Shown: positions 8,452-20,296 of the stretch, in pieces | Position numbering within the stretch: position 1 is the first letter of the stretch | How the letters are laid out: each line of letters starts with the position of its first letter | DNA from: Paramicrosporidium saccamoebae KSL3 | Taxonomy: Eukaryota; Fungi; Cryptomycota | Assembly (NCBI GenBank): GCA_002794465.1 | Contig: MTSL01000041.1 | Location: 125,306-157,305 of the forward strand | Direction: 5' to 3' | Length of the DNA: 32,000 nt | Program-made: the position numbers and the translations under genes | Notes under the pieces: model-generated | What the model saw: only the letters and a program-made list of their open reading frames with translations | Databases searched by the model: none | What the model was told of the DNA's origin: nothing

Positions 8452-10611
8452 TCACGATGCAAATTCAATCCCAGATCGATTCACCGCCTGTTTTAAGAAC
8501 GCCAAAATTCGCGAGTGGCGCACCCATTTCTTTTGGCTATCTGCGGTTTGCTTGCAGCGGACTTTGAGACATAGTTTTAATGAGTCAAGATTGCGATCAG
8601 ACTGGCCATTATCGGCAGCAATAACAGCTCTCAGTTCGAATGACTGGTAATAGTCTTGACTGTAATGATGCAGGAAGGTTTCGATTCTTTTTCGAAGACT
8701 TGCCAGCCGAGAAGTCTCTTCTTCCATTGTTAGCTTGTTCTTATCTGGTGTGCATAAGGTGAACTCGACTCTCTCCCATTGCTCAGATCCACGTGAAAGA
8801 TTTGTCAATGGATTAGCTGCAAGAACATGATTCGGCACGATTACAAAAAGTCCATTCCACCTCTTAAATACAGTATTTTGAATATTAATGTTGGTCACAG
8901 TCAGTACGTCTTCGTCACTAGATCCGACCTCTCTTCCCATCACAACACGATCACCTACGTCATACGGGTGTATCACAAACAGAAATATGAGTGAATGAAA
9001 CATTTTGTTTGTGGCTTCAAAGATGAGGAAATTTAGTGTGAGCACTATTGATGCAGTGAACCCTATCAGGTTGACGACTCTGACACCAAACAGAGCCAGC
9101 AAGAACAAAAATAGTCCAGCTGTCATGGCGCACATACCAATTGTGTCAAGAATAGATAGGACGGATCCAGTATTTGCAACACTTTGTGCGAGATTTCTTT
9201 GTTCTCGGAAAATTCGCACAATTGCCCCGCGAAATTCGTTTTTGGTAATCGCACCATCTTTGTCATAGTCGAACACATCAAATGCATCCTTGCTAGCCGC
9301 ATCATTAATAATGATAGCGGAGAAATCTTCCAAGGAGAGTATTTTTGTATTCGGCGCGCAGAGATAATGGAAAATCATACGTGCCATAATTTTTGCTTCG
9401 TGATCGGTCCTCGGAGGTGCGGTTGCAATTGTTTCGTATCCGGACACTTGAATTGTGCGAATAATTTCATCACGGAATTCTGAAAATTCTACCGTGGCAT
9501 AATCCTCTAGTGCGAGCCCGTTGACAATTCTGTTATAAGATGACGTCCTTCGATCTCGTCTCCACCAGGCAACGATCTGTTCAGGGATGACAAATGGGAG
9601 ATTGAACATAAAATCTCGAGTGGTTTGTCCAATATTTACGGCATTATGTCTTGCAGCAGTATTATCAATAGTATATCTGCGGGCGATACGCTGTCGTTTG
9701 GCAGCCAAAAGGAGCATGTCAACGACGTGGATTTTGAATCGGTTCTCAATGAGCCGACTTTTGAACGTTTTTTCCTGAAAATTGCTCCGGAGTGATATCA
9801 TGACAAAAGAACCAGCGGCTGATGTAAGGCCACAAATAAAAATGAAGACCAAAATGCGAGGCACATAACTAAAGCCACAGTATCCGAGATATCCGAGCGC
9901 TTTATCGGCCTCCAAAAACTCGAACAAATTTTCTTGTGTGAGCAGGTGCACACAGTCATCAGGAAAGTAAGCCTTCCAGTATAGGCCGATAACCACAGCC
10001 CCTATGCAAACTGAAAGAGACGCGGCAATATTTTCGATTTTCGAAGGGAGATCTGATCGCGACAAAGTGGATGTCGATTTGACTAACCGGACAATTTTCC
10101 GAATTGCAGTTTGCGACCAGACGGGGACGAAAACAGAAAGAAAGACTAGTGTGACCCATAAGTGAAATGGCACTTGAGCAATAACTGGCACTCCTATCGA
10201 TGTGAGCGAGCATAACCACAGAATGACACACATGGCCATGATTACGAGCAATACACTGTTCAGAAAATTTTTGTACCTGACATTCACGTTATTAGGAGCT
10301 GGAGGCGTCGTTCCCGGGGCAGAAATTTCATCGACAAAGGCCTCTTCATATTCGCTCTCTTCGTCACGGCGATCATCTCCAATCCAATCGAATGAGTCTT
10401 GACTTGCATCCGAGAGATTGTCGCTCGGTGGAGGCCTTTCATCAGCGCTAGAATAGTCTTCCGCTGGCATGGGGACTGCTACCCTTCCAGTTTCACGAGC
10501 ATTTGAAGATGATGGATCAGGGGTGTCCTTGCTGGGGGTGCTGTAAACCGTATCTTCTTCCCCTTGAAGATCTCCATTTTGAGATTCTGATTTCCATTCA
10601 GATTCATTCAT
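8452..10611 (-). CDS. MscS-like mechanosensitive channel with EF-hand (Msy1/Msy2 type), intronless
   Basis: Several TM segments, EF-hand FDVFDYDKDGAITKNEF, MscS core LIFLFVIHPYDVGDRV...INIQNTVFKRWNGLFVIVPNHVLA. Confidence 0.9.
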   Translation of the reverse strand: MNESEWKSESQNGDLQGEEDTVYSTPSKDTPDPSSSNARETGRVAVPMPAEDYSSADERPPPSDNLSDASQDSFDWIGDDRRDEESEYEEAFVDEISAPGTTPPAPNNVNVRYKNFLNSVLLVIMAMCVILWLCSLTSIGVPVIAQVPFHLWVTLVFLSVFVPVWSQTAIRKIVRLVKSTSTLSRSDLPSKIENIAASLSVCIGAVVIGLYWKAYFPDDCVHLLTQENLFEFLEADKALGYLGYCGFSYVPRILVFIFICGLTSAAGSFVMISLRSNFQEKTFKSRLIENRFKIHVVDMLLLAAKRQRIARRYTIDNTAARHNAVNIGQTTRDFMFNLPFVIPEQIVAWWRRDRRTSSYNRIVNGLALEDYATVEFSEFRDEIIRTIQVSGYETIATAPPRTDHEAKIMARMIFHYLCAPNTKILSLEDFSAIIINDAASKDAFDVFDYDKDGAITKNEFRGAIVRIFREQRNLAQSVANTGSVLSILDTIGMCAMTAGLFLFLLALFGVRVVNLIGFTASIVLTLNFLIFEATNKMFHSLIFLFVIHPYDVGDRVVMGREVGSSDEDVLTVTNINIQNTVFKRWNGLFVIVPNHVLAANPLTNLSRGSEQWERVEFTLCTPDKNKLTMEEETSRLASLRKRIETFLHHYSQDYYQSFELRAVIAADNGQSDRNLDSLKLCLKVRCKQTADSQKKWVRHSRILAFLKQAVNRSGIEFAS

Positions 10612-10877
10612 TAGAATCTACTACTTACTGCCTCTCTGCTGGAATACCTACTATAATGCTGTAGGAAGTCTAGGCTTTTGATTGGTCTCTTAAAACGAAA
10701 ACATTGCCAATTGGTCGGACTTTGAAAAGGTTTCAGTCTCATAGGTGCAGGCCGAAGAAGTGTAGTAGGGAGTATCAAAGACCTTGATAGGACAAGATTA
10801 CTGGCAGCAAGTTTTGCCGAGCCCAATTGAGTGATTAGATATTAAGACAAATAGACTTAAGATTAAGGGTTTTATTA

Positions 10878-11861
10878 ATGACGGACGAAAACTTGAATGA
10901 GTTGAAACAAGGATTGGCACGGATGCTAAAGGTTTTCTATAATCTGCGATAATTTTATACACTTCAGGGAGGTGTAATAATGGATGTTGTGAATGCAGAA
11001 CAGGCACGGATAGCCGAAGCGGCTGGGGCATGTGCGGTTATGGCCTTGGAGCGAGTCCCTGCGGACATTCGGAAAGAGGGTGCCAAACATTATACAAGTT
11101 TCTGAAAGTTTAGGAGGAGTCTCGAGAATGTCAGATCCAACTATGATTGAAGAAATCAAGGCGGCTGTATCAATCCCTGTTATGGCAAAATGCCGCATTG
11201 GGCACTTTGTTGAAGGACAGATACTCCAAGATCTTGAGGTTGATTTCATTGACGAGAGTGAAGTTCTCACCCCCTCAGACGAAAGACACATTAGCAAAAC
11301 TGACTTTAAGGTGCCATTTGTATGCGGGTGCCGCTCTTTGGGCGAGGCTCTACGACGTATCAACGAGGGAGCAGCGATGATTCGGACCAAGGGTGAAGCT
11401 GGTACGGGTGATGTCTTTGAGGCGGTCAGACATGCCCGAAAAGTTGCTAAAGAAATCGAGACTTTAAATATGTCAAACAAAGAAGTTTGGGAAAGTTTTT
11501 GCAAGGAAAATAACGTTCCCATGACTCTTTTGGAAGATACCCTTCGACGAGGTCGTCTTCCCGTTGTTACATTTGCCGCTGGCGGTATCGCCACGCCGGC
11601 AGACGCTGCTTTGATGATGCAGCTCGGGATGGACGGAGTATTTGTCGGTTCTGTACAAAGAGTGAAGAGTCTTTTTACATTTAGGGAATCTTTAAGAGTG
11701 GAGATCCCGACAAAAGAGCAAGGGCTATTGTCGATGCTGTGGCAAACTATAAAGATCCAAAAGTGCTGTCCAAAGTCTCCCGCAATCTTGGCGAAGCAAT
11801 GGTTGGTATTAACGTTTCTGAGCTCTCAGCTGAGAATCGTCTCAGCTCCAGAGGATGGTAA
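10878..11861 (+). CDS. PDX1: Pyridoxal 5'-phosphate synthase subunit Pdx1/Snz1, 4 exons
   Basis: [53 protein letters not shown]...[16 protein letters not shown]...[35 protein letters not shown]...RGW. Introns of 36, 34 and 32 nt. Confidence 0.96.
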
Positions 11862-11953
11862 ATCACAGAATGATAGTCTATTTATAGGAAATTACTAAAT
11901 ATGCAAATAAAGTCGGATTTAATTTACGATCGACGCATAAGCTCGCATTGTCA

Positions 11954-13081
<1,128 letters not shown>

Positions 13082-13125
13082 GTTTATCTAAGACAATAAA
13101 TACTAATGGAATTTGCCAATTCACA

Positions 13126-13452
13126 ATGGATTGCCTCAGCGTGCCGTTTGCGGAAGCACAACACCAGTTAAATGTGGCCATTAGCAAGACGCATCTGTCT
13201 GTCCCGGACACAGATTCAGGCAATCCGACCATAATCGACAGCATAGCATGGATTCAAAATGGTGCAGAGAGACTCTTGGAGGAAATTGAAAATTGCCGAC
13301 CAACAGAGACTCATCACTCTGCTGCGCAGAAGATTGATGCTCTCCGAGAACTCGAGTCGGCCTTACTGTCCATGAACGGCAGCATTGCTCGTACCGCCGA
13401 CGAGATATCCGGCGTCTTGTTCGCTTATTATTGCAAGCTGCGTACCGACTGA
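13126..13452 (+). CDS. Hypothetical 108-aa protein, probably helical
   Basis: ATG-started ORF that neatly fills the gap between GAPDH and CCDC124; heptad-like C-terminal half. No family recognised. Confidence 0.45.
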   Translation: MDCLSVPFAEAQHQLNVAISKTHLSVPDTDSGNPTIIDSIAWIQNGAERLLEEIENCRPTETHHSAAQKIDALRELESALLSMNGSIARTADEISGVLFAYYCKLRTD

Positions 13453-13497
13453 AACTCTAGGAATATATTCTCTCTATACTATTGCAAAACGTCAAGT

Positions 13498-14223
13498 TTA
13501 GGCTGGCGGTAGCTTTAGGCGGTCAAGATTAGCCTCAATCTCACTAGTTGTCTTTAGTACTTCTTGACTCCTCGTGGAATTGTAAGATATATGAGTCTGG
13601 TTAAACGGGTTGTCGGGCGACTTTTGCCAGAGCTTGTATAATTTCTCCTTCAGTTGGGACAGTCGCAGTCCAGGAAACTGTTCCTTCAAGAGTGGCATCT
13701 CCCTTTCCTCAAAGGATGCATATGCAGCCTTCATGCGGCGCTCCGGATGCCTCTCAACTCCGCTTTTTGTCAAATTGGAAGATGTTGCATCAAGCAAAAA
13801 GAGTGCATCGTCAATATTCGAGGCGCTGTATTCCGGAGCCGTCTCAGATAATAGTTCTGTGTGACTTGTGTTTGTTTGAACGGATGTCACTGACGACGCA
13901 CTCGACTGGATCGACATTGCAGTCTTTACAACTGGCGAAGCCTTTTTTTCCTTTGGAAGCGGGTGGACGGGTTTTAACTTTCCCAGTTCTGTGGCTTCTT
14001 GGGCTTCGAGGCGCTCGCGCTCCAGTTTTCTTTGGGCCTTGTCATGTCTTTTTTGTTCCTCAGATACCTGCTTTGACGACTTTGTCTTGGCTCCAACCTG
14101 CCACTCTTTTGACACCTTTTCTTCTTGTTTCTTTTCCTCTTCCCTCGTTTTCATCTCCTTATGTGCAGCTTTGCGTTCCCTCCCTTCCTGCGCTTTGCTG
14201 TTCACGGCAAACCCTTTACCCAT
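13498..14223 (-). CDS. CCDC124: CCDC124/Lso2/Oxs1-family ribosome-binding coiled-coil protein
   Basis: NSKAQEGRERKAA...W..G.K and HPERRMKAAYASFEEREMPLLKEQFPGLRLSQLKEKLYKLWQKSPDNPFNQ. First ATG (MGKGF) at 14223. Confidence 0.92.
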   Translation of the reverse strand: MGKGFAVNSKAQEGRERKAAHKEMKTREEEKKQEEKVSKEWQVGAKTKSSKQVSEEQKRHDKAQRKLERERLEAQEATELGKLKPVHPLPKEKKASPVVKTAMSIQSSASSVTSVQTNTSHTELLSETAPEYSASNIDDALFLLDATSSNLTKSGVERHPERRMKAAYASFEEREMPLLKEQFPGLRLSQLKEKLYKLWQKSPDNPFNQTHISYNSTRSQEVLKTTSEIEANLDRLKLPPA

Positions 14224-14287
14224 AGTTGGCCAATCAGGCACAATTGGTCTGCGACTCTAAATTTATAGTCTTTTATTGTCCAACTTG

Positions 14288-15711
14288 TTAATGTTCATGG
14301 AAACAGTTGTTGCAGTTGTTTGGTTTGAAAACGTTTGCATTAAACTCCTCACATCCACACGCTCCGCATGACTTTATGGTGGACTTTACTGATGCCTGCA
14401 CCACAGGTTTCCTGTTGGATGTGACAGAACCATTTGAAGTAGATCGCATACTTTTCCTACCTTCGGCTTCATGCGCTACGCTTGAAATTCTCCTGACGTA
14501 GTTTGCAGGAAATATTCCCTTATACCCATCGTTTTCCCCATACCACCAGCCTTCGTCTATATGCTCGGTGACGTTAATTTTGTCTCCTTTGGAGATGGAA
14601 AGCTCTCCTTCATTTTCGGCCGTAAAGTCATACAGCGCTTCGACAATCTCCTTTTCAGGTCTATTCACTGACGCGTTTCTTGTCACTCGAGTGGTTGCAT
14701 TGCCAGAAACGTTAGAAATCGGCTTGGGGGTTTCCGATCTGAGCTCTTGTTCGCCATGGGAATTACCAATTTCAGACTTTGTAGTTTGTGTCTCAAGCCC
14801 AGCGGGGAGCACGGTTTTGATATTTGAATTCTTCCGGATCAGAATCGCCTTGTCGACTGTTGCAGCATTGGAATCGAGCTTGGACTGCATGCTACTATAG
14901 AAGGATTAGCCACACATATTAATATGTACTCTTCACTCAGTGTAGATTGCAGTTCCTTGAGGCCCTCAAGACTCTTTGTAAAAAAGTTGCATTGAGCCTC
15001 TGCGAATTCTATCAGCGGTCTCATCAGGGCATCCTAGACATTAGAGGACCTTTTGATTGCAAGTACTTCTCGTTCGGCAAATGTTGACATTAGACTTTCA
15101 ATGTCGGCCAAGGTCTCATTGTACTTTTTTTGAGCAGTCTTCATCTCTTCTTCCAATCCAGGCTTGTCTTTCTTACTCTTGTTAAATTTGTTCAATTTAG
15201 CATCGTAGTCCAGTCTTCGATTTTCAAGCTTCTTCTTCATAGAATCGTAATCTTTCATCGAAGTATAGAGCGCCATTGACTCCATCAGCAGTCCTTTTCT
15301 CACTATTTCAGCCTACATTGGTTAAGAATGGGGCCACTATTTACGTATTCCTGTTGTAGTCCCTGCACCCGATCCTGTGCCTCTCCAATCTTTACCAGCG
15401 CAAGCCCAATCATGGTTGATTCTCCATGAAATTTTCCTTGCTGTATCATTGCTTTGGATAACATTGACATGGCAGATACTTTCTTGTCTTGCGAACTCCG
15501 TTTATCAAGGGTTTTGGCATAGTCTGTCAGGGAGATAGTGAGCTTTTCTATCCCATCTTTTCGGCTTTCAGTCTCCAGGTCAAGCCTACGAAAGTCTTCA
15601 GAAACATTTGTCTTCTCCGCTGTTCCTAATTTTTCACCCGTCCACTAAAGTTATGCAGTTGCAATCGAATACTTGTTTAAACTGGCCCAGTTTCTTTCCA
15701 ATAGTAGCCAT
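14288..15711 (-). CDS. Endophilin-like N-BAR + SH3 protein with C-terminal Cys/His motif, 5 exons
   Basis: MATIGKKLGQFKQWTGEKLGTAEKT...KKKLENRRLDYDAK (BAR); SH3 VEALYDFTAENEGELSISKGDKI...GWWYGE..G.KGIFPANYV. Introns of 28-35 nt. The first exons are missing from the ORF track. Confidence 0.88.
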
Positions 15712-15859
15712 CTCTGACGCTGCCGGCTTACTGCGTAGGGTGATCTATTAATAGCAATTAGTCAATGCACAAGTATTGTTATTGGACCTATAAATAGATC
15801 ATGGATGTTGACTAGCCAACCAAATCACAGAGACCATTTCTTATTTTGCATTTTACTGA

Positions 15860-17452
15860 CTACACCTTGGAAGGACGCTCTACTACCGTAATATCAGGAT
15901 AGCACAGTGAGGTCAGGAAATCTTCAAACTTGTCATTTTCCAGCATATGAAGCAACTTGTCGGCCGCCAAACTCTTAGAGGGATCGTTTCCTACCTCGTC
16001 CAGAATGATTCGTTGGACCCAAGGGACGGTAATTGCTTCTCGTGTATCGATGGTTATACAATTGTGATGGATCCATTGCCATAGCTGTGCGCGGGCTATC
16101 TCAGCAGTCGCAGCATCCTCCATTAGGTTGTTGATGGGGACGCAGCCATTCCCTTTCAACCACGACGATATATACACCAGTGCTGCTCTGGTGTTTTCCG
16201 TAACGCCCTGTTTCGTAATGCTGACCTCCACACCAGGATCAATTAACTGCTCTGAAAGGACACAAATTTCATCTCGGCGAACAAAGAGCTGATTCGGCTG
16301 CGGCATGTGAGCGTCAAAGATGTCCTTAGCCAGAGGAATCAGGTCAGGATGCGCAACCCAAGTGCCATCATGCCCTGCGAGCACTTCCCTAGTCTTATCT
16401 TCTTTGACCTTTTCCATGGCGGCACGGTTGAGTTCTGGATTGTTTTTTATGGGAATCTGGGCTGCCATTCCACCCATTGCATGTACACCTCGTTTGTGGC
16501 AGGTCTTTATAAGCAACTCCACGTAAGCCTTCATGAAGGGAACAGACATGGTGACAGCTGATCTATCTGGTAGTACAAACTTTGGATGCTTGTGGAATTT
16601 CTTGATAAAGGAAAAGATGTAATCCCAGCGGCCACAGTTTAGCCCTGCCGAATGTTCTCTTAGCTCGTAAATTATCTCGTCCATCTCAAAAGCAGCAAGA
16701 ATGGTTTCGATCAAGACTGTGGCTCTGATAGTACCACGGGGCAGGTTCAAATAATCTTGACTCAGATTGAAGACATCGTTCCATAGTCTTGCTTCCAAAT
16801 GACTCTCCATCTTTGGTAGATAAAAGTACGGCCCTTGCCCAATTTTCAGAGTCTGATGGGCATTATGGAAGAAGTAGAGACCAAAGTCAAAGAGCGACGC
16901 CGACATTGGCTTTCCATCAATGAGCACATGACATTCTTCCAAATGCCATCCACGGGGCCTCACTAGTAAGGTGGGCAGATTACCGCCGTCATTGAGTTCA
17001 TATCGTTTCCCATTAGGGGCTTCAAAACGGATACTTCGTTTGTTGGCATCTCTTAGATTAACCTGTCCACTCATGACATTCTCCCAGGTGGGGCTTGTTG
17101 AATCTTCGAAATCGGCCATGAACTGGGTTGCCTTTGAGTTGAGTGCATTGATGACCATCTTCCTGTCCACGGGGCCTGTAATTTCCACACGACGATCAAT
17201 CAGCCCCAAAGCTGGGGGAGCGGCCTTCCACGTATCGTCTTTACGAACAAATTCGGTCTCGGGGAGAAAATCCGGCAATATTCCCAGGTCAAGCTCGGCT
17301 TGTCTTTGGCGTCTTTTTTCCAGCAATTGTTGACGTCTGCCCTCAAAGCAACGATGGAGGACCACCAGAAATGCCTGAGATTCAGGTCCTAGTATGGTGG
17401 AATATTCGGGTTTTGGCTTTCCAAGGAGAGTGAACCCAGAGGCGTTGACCAT
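15860..17452 (-). CDS. MLS1: Malate synthase A (glyoxylate cycle), intronless
   Basis: [103 protein letters not shown]. Likely ATG at 17452 (MVNASG). Confidence 0.96.
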   Translation of the reverse strand: MVNASGFTLLGKPKPEYSTILGPESQAFLVVLHRCFEGRRQQLLEKRRQRQAELDLGILPDFLPETEFVRKDDTWKAAPPALGLIDRRVEITGPVDRKMVINALNSKATQFMADFEDSTSPTWENVMSGQVNLRDANKRSIRFEAPNGKRYELNDGGNLPTLLVRPRGWHLEECHVLIDGKPMSASLFDFGLYFFHNAHQTLKIGQGPYFYLPKMESHLEARLWNDVFNLSQDYLNLPRGTIRATVLIETILAAFEMDEIIYELREHSAGLNCGRWDYIFSFIKKFHKHPKFVLPDRSAVTMSVPFMKAYVELLIKTCHKRGVHAMGGMAAQIPIKNNPELNRAAMEKVKEDKTREVLAGHDGTWVAHPDLIPLAKDIFDAHMPQPNQLFVRRDEICVLSEQLIDPGVEVSITKQGVTENTRAALVYISSWLKGNGCVPINNLMEDAATAEIARAQLWQWIHHNCITIDTREAITVPWVQRIILDEVGNDPSKSLAADKLLHMLENDKFEDFLTSLCYPDITVVERPSKV

Positions 17453-17556
17453 GTTAGTCCTTGAGAGGCTTCGGGGGCTAATCATGCACATGATTAGCCC
17501 AAAATAGGTAGGTTTTGATAGTCTACAAAACTCGGTCTGATTGGGCCATTCAGATA
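17453..17556. promoter_or_regulatory. Putative bidirectional promoter (MLS1/SPF30) with CCAAT box
   Basis: 104-bp gap between divergent ATGs; TGATTGG at 17538-17544. Confidence 0.55.
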
Positions 17557-18108
17557 ATGGGGTCAGATGATGTCCGAGCCTACGAGTTCCAGTTGCAGCA
17601 GATACAGAACCAGCTGCAGGACACTCCGGAAAATGAATCACTTGCACTGCTTGAGAAGAAGCTCCAGCGGTTAGTGGAGCTGACAAAGTCCCGTGCTCAT
17701 AAAGTCGACAATAGCCCAACAACGCAACGTCAAGTGACCTTTTCTCCCGGTGACGTCTGCGAGGCAAAGAACAAGGGAGTCTGGTCAGAGGCGACTATAC
17801 AAAGCGTCTCTAATGATAAGCAAGCGTGCACCGTTCTATTCGCAGATTCAGCAGAAACTTGCCATTGCAATGCTGGCGAAGTTCGGAAACTGCACAATGT
17901 AAAGCGTCAGCTCCCAGAGGCCAATAAAGACCTCGCACCAAAGCCCGAAAGGCCAACATTTGATCCAAGCAAAAAGAGAACTAAAGCTGACCATATTAAA
18001 AAGAAAGAGTCTGAGCACCAGCACAAGCAAGATGACTGGAAAAAGTTTTCCCAAAAAATGGGAATAGGGAAATCCAGTGCCAGTATAGTGGGGAGGCCAA
18101 GGAGATGA
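17557..18108 (+). CDS. SMNDC1/SPF30-like Tudor-domain splicing factor
   Basis: [12 protein letters not shown]...[18 protein letters not shown], then Tudor [18 protein letters not shown], then [11 protein letters not shown]. Confidence 0.8.
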   Translation: MGSDDVRAYEFQLQQIQNQLQDTPENESLALLEKKLQRLVELTKSRAHKVDNSPTTQRQVTFSPGDVCEAKNKGVWSEATIQSVSNDKQACTVLFADSAETCHCNAGEVRKLHNVKRQLPEANKDLAPKPERPTFDPSKKRTKADHIKKKESEHQHKQDDWKKFSQKMGIGKSSASIVGRPRR

Positions 18109-18181
18109 GAGTGAGAAGCCGAGAAAGTGAGAGTGAGAAGCCGAGAAAGTAAGAGCGAGAAAGTAAGGGTGGGAGGCCAAG
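18091..18181. repeat. GA-rich tract (2 x 22 bp GAGAGTGAGAAGCCGAGAAAGT plus a partial copy) flanked by 11-bp direct repeats GGGAGGCCAAG
   Basis: Direct repeats at 18091-18101 and 18171-18181; 22-mers at 18107-18128 and 18129-18150. Confidence 0.9.
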
Positions 18182-18215
18182 AAGACACGAGAATTCTTGT
18201 GAGATCAAGAGGGCG

Positions 18216-18312
18216 GAAATACCAGATCGTAAAGAGGATGGAAATAACAGATCGTGAAGAGGACGGAAATACCAGATCGTAAAGAGGATGGAAATACCAG
18301 ATCGTGAAGAGG
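18216..18312. repeat. Tandem minisatellite, about 4 x 25 bp (GAAATACCAGATCGTRAAGAGGAYG)
   Basis: Units start at 18216, 18241, 18266 and 18291. Confidence 0.95.
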
Positions 18313-18359
18313 TCAACAAATTTATCAAATCTGATTTATAAGCACAATAAAGCGGCACT

Positions 18360-20219
18360 TCAAGCCTTGACTATTGGTTTGGTCGTTCGATTCCGTAGGT
18401 TTCTCTTTGATACTGGCTTGCCTTTGGTTTCTTCGATCAACTCCACTGGCTCGACCAAACCCGCTGGCGCGTCTTTGGAGTCGAATGCTTGGCCATATTC
18501 GTTGGTGCGAGTCTTGTCTACTGGATACACCCAGCGCTGATAGAGGTAGATTACAAAAATTATATCGTCTCGGAAACAGGCTAATCGATGGAGGGTAGGC
18601 ATTTTGATGACGAATGCAAATAAGTCATCGATAAATGTGTTGAGGGCCTTGTAGATGAAAACTCTCCAAGGCATATGGGCAACTGACTTTAGCTTATAAT
18701 TAATAAAGAGCTGAGGTGTCATGGTGATAAAGCCAAAGGTGTACACAAATCCCACCAATGTTCCTAGGATCCAGGAGCGCCATCCTTTGTGAGATTCATA
18801 AATCAGGGAATAGATTGAGTAACCAATTAAGAGGGGAACAGCAGCGACACCCAAGTACCTCATCGCTAGTTCATCATAGTGCTGAGTCAAAGACTTTGCA
18901 TAAGTGGCACGATCCTTGATCTCGATACGGGGCAGAAGCCCTTTAAAGTACACCTTTATGCTCAAGACGCGCGTAATCTTCCAAATTTCAATCAGAGTTC
19001 CAAATGCCATTGACACTAGGATCAGCCAGCTGGTTTCTTGATCCAACAAGTATAAGAAGATAATCACCTGAAAGCCAGCATTGATCAGAACACTACGAAC
19101 GGAGAGACCTTCCAAATTATCTCGTTTTCTCCAAAATTGGATATCTACACATCATGGTTAGAATGGGAGGCGTACCGTTTTTGAATGCCAGAATATCGAA
19201 AATCGAATGGAGTAGGGATACGGCCAAGGTGGTCAACAAAAGATAGGGATTAGTGTCGACAAACATTTGCTTTAGCTTTTCTGTTTCACCGTCCCCTCCA
19301 AACAGTTGTTCATTCATCTGAAGCGACTGGCCAAAGTTGGTTAAAAGTTGAAACTTTGTCATTCCGATTGGACTAAAGGATATTTTTAGGGGATATTCAT
19401 GTCGAGAAGTCTCAAGGATAATCCTCTTGTCTTTTAGTTGCCAAAACTCATTCATGTAAACAATGGGAAGATGAATCTTTCCATCGAGCGTAAAGGAAAT
19501 GTGCTTTCTAATATTTGGAGGAAGCATCGCCGGCTTCATAGGACTGCCATCTTGAACGAGAGAAATATGAATCTCGGGATACCAATAGGCGACTTTGTCG
19601 TCACTATTGTCAGCTGGAGGCAGAGTTTTGCCTTCGCCAGAGATCAAATTTAATGTTTGAACGGGACGTGGCATCGTTTTCAACAGGTTCAAACGTCGAT
19701 AAACAATCTTTGTTGCATCGAATCTGCTTCTATCCGGATCAGGGTGATACCCTTCTACTGCCAGGTAGACATGGGCAAACAACGGGTCCTTCATATTTCC
19801 CGGGATCGTCACGTTCAGATTCTCTTCAAAAGCAACAGACTGATCAAATGATCCAAACTCGATTCCGCTGCGACTCAGCTTTAAATCCGAATCTGAAAAA
19901 GTCATCTGAATGGGCTGTTCGGATAGGTAAACCCACAAGTCCTGCATTTAGCAACCAAGCAACACATCCTTACCAACTTTTGTCCAAGCTCCCATGCACA
20001 GACGGTGACTCCTTTTCCATCGTCTCTCTCGTCAACTTTTATGGGAGTTGCCATGGAATACACTACATGCGTTATAGAAGAAGACGGCAGGTTACAATTA
20101 GTAACTATACGGACAACCAGAAATGCGAGAACGCCCTTGAAGACTGCCGAGAGGAGCTTTGAGAAGAACGATGGCGCAGGCTCATTCCCATTCTCTGCAT
20201 ATTCTGCGGGTGCGACCAT
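18360..20219 (-). CDS. CLPTM1/CLPTM1L-family ER membrane protein (lipid scramblase family), 3-4 exons
   Basis: Spliced LAFKNDIQFW...LEGLSVRS, FGFITMTPQLFINYKLKSVAHMPWRVFIYKALNTFIDDLFAFVIKMPTLHRLACFRDD, YQRWVYPVDKTRTNEYG. Confidence 0.93.
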
Positions 20220-20296
20220 GCAGAGAAGCCAAACTATTGGTCGCCTGGGTTGGCGGGTCTCGTTTTAAAAGTGAAATTTCTCCATTGTTGCGGATA
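20220..20296. promoter_or_regulatory. Putative bidirectional promoter (CLPTM1/KNL2) with CCAAT box
   Basis: 77-bp divergent gap; ATTGG at 20236-20240. Confidence 0.5.

Noticed and set aside
10612-10877. TPP riboswitch upstream of PDX1; ORFs 10611-10826 and 10798-11031
   Set aside because: The conserved CTGAGA and CCTGAT cores are absent. The ORFs lack recognisable features and occupy the divergent promoter or overlap PDX1.
15834-15865. Alternative 3' intron creating a canonical PTS1 for malate synthase
   Set aside because: Splicing at GTGTAG...AATAAG would give SKKWSL*, which is not a PTS1.
17848-18358. Minus-strand ORFs rich in Leu/Ser/Phe
   Set aside because: They are translations of the GA/CT repeats and the antisense of SPF30.
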